The position numbers were made by a program, and so were the translations under genes. Shown here piece after piece: positions 52,010-64,000 of a DNA stretch of 64,000 bases. The DNA is from Eledone cirrhosa (lineage: Eukaryota), in contig OZ024764.1 in assembly GCA_964016885.1 (NCBI GenBank), positions 16,802,001-16,866,000 of the forward strand. Direction: 5' to 3'. Each line of letters starts with the position of its first letter. Positions within the stretch are counted from its first letter, which is position 1. The notes below the pieces were generated by a model. The model ran no database searches. It saw only the letters and a program-made list of their open reading frames with translations, and had not been told where the DNA came from.

Positions 52010-52195
52010 CCTAGTTTTCCAAGAGCCCACCAGATGATGGAGCGAGGGACTCTGTCAAAGGCTTTCTCCAGGTCTACAAAAGCTAAGTAGAGGGGTTTAC
52101 TTTTAGCTAGGTACTTCTCTTGTAGTTGTCGTACAAGGAAAAGAGCGTCTGCGGTACTTTTACCTGACACAAACCCAAACTGCATTTCATCTTGG
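52010..52195 (-). mobile_element. RTE-clade LINE RT fragment in the BRAWNIN intron
   Basis: EMQFGFVSGKSTADALFLVRQLQEKYLAKSKPLYLAFVDLEKAFDRVPR. Confidence 0.85.
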
Positions 52196-52422
52196 GCAAG
52201 GTCGGCTTGTATCACCTCACCTTTCCATGCTAGCACGGGTGAGACGGGTTGCCCTCTTTGAGGCAAGTTGGGGTCAAGTGACCATGTCTTGCTCATACAG
52301 GACTGTTTCTAGCTAGGTTTCTATGATTGGTTGTCCTTCCTAATGCCAACCATATTTATAGTGTGGACTGGGTGCTTCTTGTCGTGACACCTACACGACC
52401 ACATTACAGTGTGGGCTGGGTG

Positions 52423-52454
<32 letters not shown>

Positions 52455-52502
52455 TAGTGAGGTACCCAGCTTCACCTGGATAAACAGATAAGAGAAGACT
52501 GG

Positions 52503-52534
<32 letters not shown>

Positions 52535-53058
52535 CAAATAATTGTTTCTACTTTTGGCACAAGGCCAGCAATTACCCAGTGCATTACTGGTACTTTATTT
52601 TATCGACCCCGTAAGGATGAAAGGCAAAGTCAACCTCGGCGGGATTTGAACTCAGACCGTAAAGGGACGTAACTAGTTAAGATGGGATTAATTCACCATA
52701 ATTGTTTATTGCATTATATATATTTCTGTTACATGGTTATTCATGTGACTTCATCAGGTGCTTACGCAATCATAGATGCAGTTATGCAATCATTGGGATA
52801 TGCTGGTGGCCATGTATAGCTATTCTGAAGTGATGTAGGTCACCATACAGCACTACTGGTTAGGGGCGGGGCTGAGTTTTGTATGTTTGCTTTACCATAA
52901 TGTGGAATTGCCTTTGTTTGAACTGCAGAGGAGTGATGGGAATAAAGTGTGGTGTTGTGTGGTGTTGTGTGGCCTAATGGTTGGATGTGCTTACTATCAT
53001 AATGTTGTAGGTTTGATTCCTGGACTGTTTCATTTTTTACTTTTTTCTTTTTTCTAAG

Positions 53059-53169
53059 GACCTTGATGATTTGATCAAGACCGAAAAGGGTAAAGTTGAC
53101 AGCAGCAGCAGCAGCAGCAGCAGTAACAACAACAATTCAGTCCCAACAGATTCACAAGGGACAGACTGA
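53059..53169 (+). CDS. UQCC6: BRAWNIN/UQCC6 coding exon 2 (DLDDLIKTEKGKVDSSSSSSSSNNNNSVPTDSQGTD*)
   Basis: Strong polypyrimidine tract + taag acceptor, phase 0, 72 aa total. Possible AATAAA at 53775-53780. Confidence 0.75.
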   Translation, partial: DLDDLIKTEKGKVDSSSSSSSSNNNNSVPTDSQGTD

Positions 53170-54424
53170 TTGTTACTATGTTTCAAAGTGCTGCCCTCTA
53201 TACCAGCGGTAAGAGCTTAACATGACTAGAGGGAGGTAACTCTATATGAAGTGTTTTCTGGCATGGAGACCAGAAATGGCTGAAATCAGTGTAATGCTTG
53301 ACCCCCAACAGAGATCCACCACCACCACCATATTGACCGGCCTGTAAGCTGCCTGGCTTTCAACTCTACTCTACCTCACTGTGATATGTTCACACTACTG
53401 AACCAAGGAAGACCTCAGATCAGGGTTCTGTTCTCTTCCCATCCTTCTTCAACACATGATTAAACCATCTCAGAGTTTCATATAGGAATTGGAAAAAGTA
53501 TCGCAACAATGGCGGTGCCCCAGTATGGCCTCAGCCTGTCAGTTGGAACACGTAATAGAGGGAGGCCACACCGTATTCACTGGCTTTGGACTGTAACTCA
53601 AGGGACATATCTCAATATGACTGTGATAGATGATAAAAGACGTGAACTAAACTGGAACCCTTTCTGATGGCGTAGTAGGGGTGCCGTCATGATATATGAC
53701 CGAGCCAAACCCCTAAAACCAGTAAAGAAAAGTGGAGAGTTCTTTTCAGTTGTGGTCTGTCATCGAAACAAGAAAATAAAGTTAAAGTGGTAGAGAAACT
53801 ACTCCTCCATCCTTGGTTACAGATGCCACTGACATCATCATCACTTTACGTCTGCTTTTCCCTGCTTGCAAGGGTGGGACGGGAACTGATTCTGGCTTGA
53901 TTTCTACAGCTGGATGCCCTTCCTAACACCAACCTCATTTACAGTGAGTGCTGGGTGTTTTTTTGCCGTGGCACCTCCATGACCACTTTGCAGTGGAATG
54001 ATAGGGACCCCAGTCCCTATCATCTCATTTCTACAGCTGAGTAAACTGGAGTAATGTGATAGCCACACACAAAAAAACTTTGCTGAAATATGCAAGGGAG
54101 GTAATCACACTAGCCAAAATGATGAGGTATATGGAGCAGCTTGCCATATATTCACCCCACATCACTTCCAATCCTGCTCCTGATGTATATAGATCAATAT
54201 ATCACTCCAAAGATGGATGGAATTTAGTTAACAACCCTATAATTGACCCTGTAAATCTGAAAATTAGAAAAGCCACCGGATTAATTTAAGGGACTGCATT
54301 AGGGGGGCTAATGATGTCAATTAACCCTTTCATTGCTGTAATTTGAATAAAATATCCTACTTGTACGTTTCAGTTGATATTGAAAATAATGAAAGTTTTG
54401 AAAGAATTTAATAATATAACCATC

Positions 54425-55510
54425 TTTTTGAGGTGCGCGATGCTGCATGGTAGTGAGACATGAGCAGCAACTGCGGAGGATATGCGACGGCTGGAGAGAA
54501 ATGAAGCAAGCATGCACCGATGGATGTGTAATGTCAATGTACGTGAATGACCAAGCATGGATGAGTTGAGAGAGAAACTGTACAAGAGGGATAAGTTGTG
54601 GTGTGTGGGAGAGAAGACTGAGATGGTATGGACATGTGATGTGTTGAGAGAGAAACTGTGTATAAGAGGGATAAGTTGTGGTGTGTGGGAGAGAAGACTG
54701 AGATGGTATGGACATGTGATGTGTTGAGAGAGGAACTGTGTATAAGAGGGATAAGTTGTGGTCTGTGGGAGAGAAGACTGAGATGGTATGGACATGTGAT
54801 GTGTTGAGAGAGAAACTGTGTATAAGAGGGATAAGTTGTGGTGTGTGGGAGAGAAGACTGAGATGGTATGGACATGTGATGTGTTGAGGGAGAAACTGTG
54901 TATAAGAGGGATAAGTTGTGGTCTGTGGGAGAGAAGACTGAGATGGTATGGACATGTGATGTGTTGAGAGAGAAACTGGGTATAAGAGGGATAAGTTGTG
55001 GTGTGTGGGAGAGAAGACTGAGATGGTATGGACATGTTATGTGTTGAGAGAGAAACTGTATAAGAGGGATAAGTTGTGGTGTGGGGGAGAGAAGACTGAG
55101 ATGGTATGGACATGTGATGTGTTGAGAGAGAAACTGTATAAGAGGGATAAGTTGTGGTGTGTGGGAGAGAAGACTGAGATGGTACGGACATGTGATGTGT
55201 TGAGAGAGAAACTGTGTATAAGAGGGATAAGTTGTGGTGTGTGGGAGAGAAGACAGATGGTATGGACATGTGATGTGTATGGAGGATGACCCGCTGGGTA
55301 AAGAAGTGCCAAGAAATCCCAGTAGAAAGAAGACGTAGTAGAGGAAAACCACAAAAAACATGGGTGGAGGTGGTGAGAGCTGACCTCAGATCACTGAAAC
55401 TCACGGAGGAGATGACGAAGGACTGTGACAAGTGGAGAGATGCTGTGCTGAATAGGACTCATCCCTCCCTTGTAGGCAGGGAAAAGCGGACATAAAATGA
55501 TGATGATGAT
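54425..55510 (+). mobile_element. RTE LINE 3' end with an internal 80-bp tandem amplification (about 9 copies)
   Basis: AMLHGSET*AATAEDMRRLERNEASMHRWMCNV...RRLRWYGHV...RGKPQKTW and an (ATG)n tail. GAGAAGACTG recurs at 54611, 54691, 54771 and onward. Confidence 0.85.
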
Positions 55511-55626
55511 GATATATATGTGTGTGTGTATATATGTATGTATATTATTGTTCAGATTAAAGTTTAAGAATTTCTGCTTTCACACTTAACGGGGTCTTCT
55601 GATGAAACTCTTTGCTTAAACTTTAA

Positions 55627-55657
<31 letters not shown>

Positions 55658-55807
55658 TTACACATATATACACAAATGTGTGTATAAAAATAGCCAGCCA
55701 ACTTCACAGTTACATCTATAACCTATATAGATGTATATATGTGTGTATGTATATATAGAAAGTCGTACTGTGTATGGGCGTATGTATGGAAATTCATATT
55801 TTGATAG

Positions 55808-55839
<32 letters not shown>

Positions 55840-56719
55840 CATATACACAAATGTGTTTATAAATAGCCCTGTTCACGTCTGTTAAGGAATATCTTATATG
55901 TATGTGGATATATATGTATGTATGGACATGTGTGTATATACATATACGTATGTGTATATGTGTATGTATATATGTGTGTGTGTATATATATATGTACATA
56001 TGGACATGTGTGTATGTATATACATACATGTATGTGTATGTATATATGTGTGTGTATATATATATGTACATATGGACATGTGTGTATGTATATACATACA
56101 TGTATGTGTATGTATATATGTGTGTGTGTGTATATATGTATGTATGGACATATGTGTGTATGTATATACATATATGTATGTGTATGTATATACATATATG
56201 TATGTGTATGTATATATATATATATAAGTGTGTATATATCTTTAAACTTTCAAATATATGGGAGGTAATCACACTAGCCAAAATGGCTGGTTATTATAAT
56301 AATAATAACAACCAGCCATGGGTGACTCATGTATCTGTGTGTGTGTATATAAGAATGTATATATAGTGTATATAAGAATGTATATATAAACCTGTTTGCA
56401 TATACATTTTTGTACACGCATGGCACTGGTGATATGTTCTATATATCCCAGTCCACACTGTGGTTGGTGTTAGGAAGGGCATCCAGCCGTAGACCCTTCC
56501 ATGCGAGCGAGACACGGTCTCCTGACCATTCCCGCATCATCTGGAACAAACCGGTCTAACCCATGCTAGTGTGGAAGTTGGACGTTAAATGATGATGATG
56601 ATGTGTATGTATATATGAATATATGTGTATGTGTATGTGTATATATATATATGTGTGTGTGTGTGTGTATATATATATATAATATATGTGTGTGTGTATC
56701 ATCATCATCATCTATATAC

Positions 56720-56750
<31 letters not shown>

Positions 56751-56755
56751 CACGC

Positions 56756-56790
<35 letters not shown>

Positions 56791-57284
56791 TATATATACA
56801 TGTATATATATATATATACATATATAGATATATATACATATATATATATATACATATACACACACACATATATATATATATATATACATATAAATATACA
56901 TATAAATATATATATATATATATATATACATATGTATATATATATATATATACATATATAGATATATATACATATATAGATATATATATATATATATATA
57001 TATATACGCATATATATCTATATATACATATAAATATATATATATATATATATACATGTATATATATATATATATATACATATATAGATATATATACATA
57101 TATATATATACATATACACACACACATATATATATATATATATACATATAAATATACATATAAATATATATATATATATATATACATATGTATATATATA
57201 TATATACATATATAGATATATATACATATATAGATATATACATACACACATATATATATATATATATACACACACATACATAAC

Positions 57285-57345
<61 letters not shown>

Positions 57346-57564
57346 TAAGCTTATATATCTTTGGGAAGTTGTTCTTTTTCTCCCTGACCCCTCTCTACTA
57401 AATCCCTCTTCCCCAGCCCATCACAGATGTCAGCCAAATATTGAGGTCACATCATGTGGCTCCATGCTCTGTCACTCCAATCCTGTATTTCTATATCAAC
57501 TCCCATACACACACACACATATATATACACACACACACACGCACATATATATATATATAAATAT

Positions 57565-57595
<31 letters not shown>

Positions 57596-58022
57596 CATAC
57601 ACACACATATATATATATATATATACATACACACACATATATATATATACACACACACGCACATATATATATATATAAATATACACACACACACATATAT
57701 ATACATAAATATACACACACAAGCACATATATAGATATAAATATACACACACACACACATATATATATATATACACACACACATATATACATACATACAC
57801 ACACATATATAAATATACACACACACACGCACATATATATATATATAAATACACACACATATATATATATATACATATACACACACACGCACATATATAT
57901 AAATACACACACACACACACACACACATATATACATACACACACACATACATACATACATACATACACACACACATATATATATATATACATACACACAT
58001 ATATATATATATACATACACAA

Positions 58023-58081
<59 letters not shown>

Positions 58082-58453
58082 TTCATGTATGAGTATGTGT
58101 GTGTGTGTATATGCAAGCAGGAAGGAAAAAGCGGCCTTAAAATGATGATGATGATATATATATATATTTATATATATGTGTGTGTGTATATATATATATG
58201 TGTGTATATATGTGTATATATATATGTGTGTATATATACATGTATGTGTATATATATACATAAATATATATACATATATATATATACATATACATATATA
58301 TGTTTATGTATATGTATATGTGTATATATATATATATGTATATATATTTATGTATATATATGTATGTGTATATATTTATGTATATATATAATGTATGTAT
58401 ATATATTTATGTATATATATGTATATATATATATGTATGTATATATATATATG

Positions 58454-58494
<41 letters not shown>

Positions 58495-58893
58495 ATATAT
58501 ATATATACATGTATGTATATATATATATGTATGTGTATATATATATGTATATATATATTAGCATACATATATATATGTATGCTAATAATTATTTCTACTT
58601 TTGGCACAAGGCCAGCAATTATCCCAGTGCATTACTGGTACTTTATTATATTGACCATGTAAGGATGACAGTGAAAGTTACCCTCGGCAGGATTTGAACT
58701 CAGATCATATATATATGCTAATAATAATATTTATACTTATATATGAGTTATATATAATTATAAATATGACAGGGTAGTATTAAACATTACCCAATTACCA
58801 GTAGGAGAAAAGGCTCAATGTAAGTTATCAGAAGTATTATAGAGCCGAGATACAAAATATAAAACAATCAAATCTTAGTTTAATACATTTAAT

Positions 58894-58940
58894 TGCTGAC
58901 GATTGTTTCTTCCAGAGGAATTTCTGGAATCATCAGAGCA
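58894..58940 (-). ncRNA. Type I hammerhead ribozyme-like motif with GUC triplet
   Basis: TGCT-CTGATGA-TTCCAGA(aattcc)TCTGGAA-GAAA-CAATCG-TC-AGCA. Confidence 0.6.
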
Positions 58941-60765
58941 TACACAATGTTTAAACAAGTAATTAAAATCCTAGTTTGCGGAACATTTATATAGATACAT
59001 AACTATTGCCAGTGTCAGTGATATCATATAGAAAAGCAGGAGTTACAAAATGATATTATGTTATACAGATATCAAAGTATTAGGAGCTGTTGTGAAGGGT
59101 GAAAATATTGAGCATATTATATATAGGTATTCACTAAGGTAATTCAGGTGTAAAAGATACCAAGCAAAAAGGTGTTACAGAAGATAGATAAGATATCATA
59201 GCATTGAGAAATGTAATAGTAAGGGTATATGATGCAAAAAATTATTAATAAAGGCATGCATGAGGTAAGAGTTAGAAAATGAATATATCAAGCATATTAC
59301 ATACAGAATGTTGAAGAATAGTAAAAGTGTTAAAAATGGCATGCATTATGGTAAAGAAATACGTAATGATAAGATGAATAAATATTGTGTAATGCAAATA
59401 AAATAGGTTAGTATCATTCAAAAATGTTTATACTAGACACAAAACAACAAATTATCGCTTAGGAGATCACAGAATGTGTGATGAATGAGCTTTGACAATA
59501 AACAAATAAACGACAATCAAGTTATTAGGTCAGCCAACTGGAAATTTGTAAGAAATTGAAGTGAAAACCAACATTCCCAAAATATAGCAATATAAATATA
59601 TTCATCATCATCACCGTTTTACGTCTGTTCTTCCACGTTAGCATGGGTTAGACGGGTTGTCCTGTTGTGGGCAGTGTCCGGTCGGCTGACCTTGTCTTGC
59701 TCGTACGGGAACTGATTCTGGTTTGATTTCTACAGTTGGATGCCCTTCCTAACACCAACCTCATTTACAGTGAGTGGTGGGTGCTTTTTTTGCCGTGGCA
59801 CCCCCACAACCACTTTACAGTGGAATGATATGGACCCCAGTCCCTATCATCTCATTTCTACAGCTGAGTAAACTGGAGCAATGTGAAATAAAGTGTCTTG
59901 CTCATCACCCGGTCTGAGAATTGAACTCACAACCTTTCGATTGCAAGCCCAATGCTCTAACCACTAAGACATGCGCCTCCTAATATGTGTGAATATATAT
60001 ACACACACACATATATGTGGATATATATCACGATAAATTAACGGAGCCATAGACTCTTGCTATTCCCTGTCAGTAATGTGCTCAAATGAGAAGGAGTCCC
60101 GGGCTCTTTATAGATTCTTTTAAAGTTGTCTGAATTGTATAGCCTTACACACGCTGATGAACCATGGGCTAATCATTTCTGTCAACAACTTATTTGGTGA
60201 AACGTGTGTGTGTGTGTGTGTGTGTTAGATATCGAGGTATGTATTTATACTTTTAATTATTGTGTGTCTACTCTGCCTTCCATGGGCTATAGATTCCATA
60301 CACTGGTGGTTTTTCCCTGTTTGATTTATGACGCACTATCTCTCTCTCTGGTGTGTTATCTTTTCAACATTGTATTATGTATGAATATATATATATACAC
60401 ACACATATATATATATATATACGCACACATATATATATATGATAAAAGCCGACCTTACCCAACTACACCTCTCAAAGACAATGACACACGACCGTGACTT
60501 CTGGCGTCACGCAGTAATACAGGGTACCCGACCTCCCATGGGTACATGCTGAAGCATATAAACAATATGCCCCCACTCCCCCCACCACAAGGTGGTCGTG
60601 GAGGTGCCACGGCAAAAAAAGCACCCAGCCCACACTGTAAAGTGGACGTGTAGGCGCCACGAAAAAGCACCCAGCACTCACTGTAAATGAGGTTGGTGTT
60701 AGGAAGGGCATCCAGCTGTAGAAATCAAGCCAGATCAGTTCCTGTATGAGCAAGTGATGATGATG

Positions 60766-60810
<45 letters not shown>

Positions 60811-60995
60811 TATATATATATATATATACACACACATATATATATATATATGTGTGTGTATATATACACACATATATATATATATATATACACACACATA
60901 TATATATATATACGCACACATATATATATACACACATATATATACGCACACATATATATATATATATATATACACGCACATATATATATATATAT

Positions 60996-61168
<173 letters not shown>

Positions 61169-61187
61169 TATATATATATATACACAC

Positions 61188-61352
<165 letters not shown>

Positions 61353-61359
61353 TATATAT

Positions 61360-61406
<47 letters not shown>

Positions 61407-61419
61407 TATATATATATAT

Positions 61420-61462
<43 letters not shown>

Positions 61463-62057
61463 TATATTTGGAGCTGAAACTGTTAAAAACAAAAGCAAAC
61501 AATCACATGTTTTCCTTAACTTGTCTGATATATGTGTGGACTCATATATATGACAATTATTGTAGGTCAACCTGTTATGTAGCGGGGTATTAGAGAGGAT
61601 TGGTTCAAGGTCACCCTTAATTTAAACATATATATAGTTAATTTACAACCTTATCAAGTAATTATCTCTAATACATAACATAAACATTTCAATAAGTTGT
61701 ATTTATATATCATCATCATCGTTTAACGTCCATCTTCCACGCTAGCATGGGTTAGACGGGAGTTGTCCCACTTGAGGCAAGATTGGTCGGGTGACCGTAT
61801 CTTGCTCGTATAGGACTGTCTGGCAGGTTTTCTATGGCTGGATGCCCTTCTTAACACCAACCACATTTACAGTGTGGGACTGGGAGGTTTTTACCGTGTT
61901 ACCTACATGGCCACATTACAGCGTGGACTGTGTGTTTTTTGTCATGACATCTACACGACCTCTTTAGTTTGGACTGGATGTTGTGGTACCAACTTTACAG
62001 AGAAAGGGGTGGCGTTGGTGGGGGTGGGAGGGTATGTATATATACACATACATACAT

Positions 62058-62173
62058 ATAGGAACCAGTAAGACCCCGACAGCTGAGCTCAAGCCGTTTC
62101 GACGGCTAATTCTGGACTGAATTAGCCGTCGAAACGGCTTGAGCTCAGCTGTCGGGGTCCTACTGGTTCCTAT
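62058..62173. repeat. Near-perfect palindrome, same family as 33789-33910
   Basis: ATAGGAACCAGTA...CGGCTAATTC-TGGACT-GAATTAGCCG...TACTGGTTCCTAT. Confidence 0.8.
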
Positions 62174-63589
62174 TACCCACTCTACTACCTCAAGTATTGA
62201 GTACTTTGGTGCATTATGGTCCACCTGGTTCCTTACCACATTTCCTTCGGCATACATACATACATATATATACACATATATATATTATTACTATATATAT
62301 ATATATATATACACACACACATTTACATACACACATGTATGTGTAAATGTGTATGTCTTCCCCCTGGGGCGTCCTTCACCCTCACCCCCAGCTCCACCGC
62401 ACCCACATTACTTTGCCTCATCAGCTAAGACCCTTCCTTAACTTCGTGTCTCCCTCCCCTCCCCCATAACATTCTCTTCCCCCTCCTTTGCTTCTTTTCT
62501 TTCTTTCTCTCTTTCTTCTTTGCCCCCCCCCCCCCCTCCTCCCATCTTTCCCCCCCTACAGCAATAACCCCCCCACAAAGCCCTTACAGGATGAGAGGTA
62601 CATCCTCATATCATTGAAACATGTGTATATACTGTAAATATTTATAATTATATACGCTGTTTGTGTATGCCTGTGTATGTATATATGTATATATATCATC
62701 ATCATCATCATCATTTTACGTCCGCTTTTCCCTGCTTGCAAGGGTGGGATGGGAACTGGTTCTGGCTTGATCTCTACAGCTGGATGCCCTTCCTAACACC
62801 AACCTCATTTACAGTGAGTGCTGGGTGCTTTTTTGCCGTGGCACCTCCACGACCACTTTGCAGTGGAATGATAGGGACCCCAGTCCCTATCATCTCATTT
62901 CTACAGCTGAGTAAACTGGAGCAATGTGAAATAAAGTGTCTTGCTCAAGGAAACAACACATCACCCGGTCTGAGAATTGAACTCACAACCTTTCGATTGC
63001 AAGGCCAATGCTCTAACCACTAAGCCATGCGCCTCCTATATGTATATATATCATCATCATCATCGTTTAACGTCCATCTTCCAGCTGTAGAAATGGGATG
63101 ATAGGGACTGGGGTCCCTATCATTCCACTGTAAAGTGGACGTGGAGGTGCCACTGAAAAAAGAGCACCCAGCACTCACTGTAAATGAGGTTGGTGTTAGG
63201 AAGAGCATCCAGCTGTAGAAATCAAGCCAGAATCAGTTCCCGTCCCACCCTTGCAAGCAGGGAAGGGCGGAAGTAAAATGATGATGTGTATATAAGTATG
63301 TATATATACACACACATATATATATGTTTGTGTATATAAGTATGTATATAAGTACACACACATATGTGTGTGTGTGTGTGTATTATATACATACGTGTGT
63401 ATACAAATATATATATGTATGTATGTATGTATACATATATATGTATGTATGTATGTATGTATACATATATATGTATGTATATATACATATATATGTATGT
63501 ATGTATGCACACTTGAACAGTTTTTCTTATTTTTTCCTTTTATCTGTTTTTGTAAGTCTTTCTCAGACTGTCCTATTAAAATGACACAC

Positions 63590-64000
63590 ACATACACACA
63601 AGCCCTCACTCACACATACACACAAGCCCTCACTCACACATACACACACAAGCCCTCACACACACACACAAGCTCTCACTCACACATACACACACGAGCA
63701 CTCACACATACACACAAGCTCTCACACACACACACAAGCCTTCACACTCAGACACACACACACACAAGCCCTCACTCACACATACACACAAGCCCTCACT
63801 CACACATACACACAAGCCCTCACACACAAGCCCTCACACTCACACATACACACACAAGCCCTCACACTCACACATACACACACAAGCCCTCACACTCACA
63901 CATACACACACAAGCTCTCACACTCACACAAGCCTTCACACTCAGACACACACACACACAACCTCACACAAGCCCTCACTCACACACACACACAAACCCT
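63590..64000. repeat. CAAGCCCTCACTCACACATACACA-type minisatellite
   Basis: Direct reading. Runs off the window end. Confidence 0.9.

Overview
AT-rich, microsatellite- and SINE-dense animal genomic DNA. The repeat families look octopod cephalopod-like, which is an inference. Four intron-containing protein genes were reconstructed by hand. On the minus strand are dynein light chain roadblock (DYNLRB, 4 coding exons, 96 aa, 9098->2201) and G/T-mismatch thymine DNA glycosylase (TDG, about 450 aa, two alternative in-frame first coding exons, 34513 or 29519 ->14722). Divergently on the plus strand is a tandem pair of mitochondrial complex III assembly microproteins, SMIM4/UQCC5 (Sloth1, 77 aa) and BRAWNIN/C12orf73/UQCC6 (Sloth2, 72 aa), probably one bicistronic unit. 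The most notable items are: the Sloth1-Sloth2 pair head-to-head with TDG (human UQCC6 is also head-to-head with TDG); a 226-nt G:U-biased RNA hairpin upstream of Sloth1; a 7.1-kb AT-rich macrosatellite with modular NRF-1/ETS-like motif cores; and several Penelope-type hammerhead ribozyme motifs with related palindromes. Most long ORFs in the supplied track are repeat artefacts. All coordinates were read by eye, so repeat boundaries are approximate.
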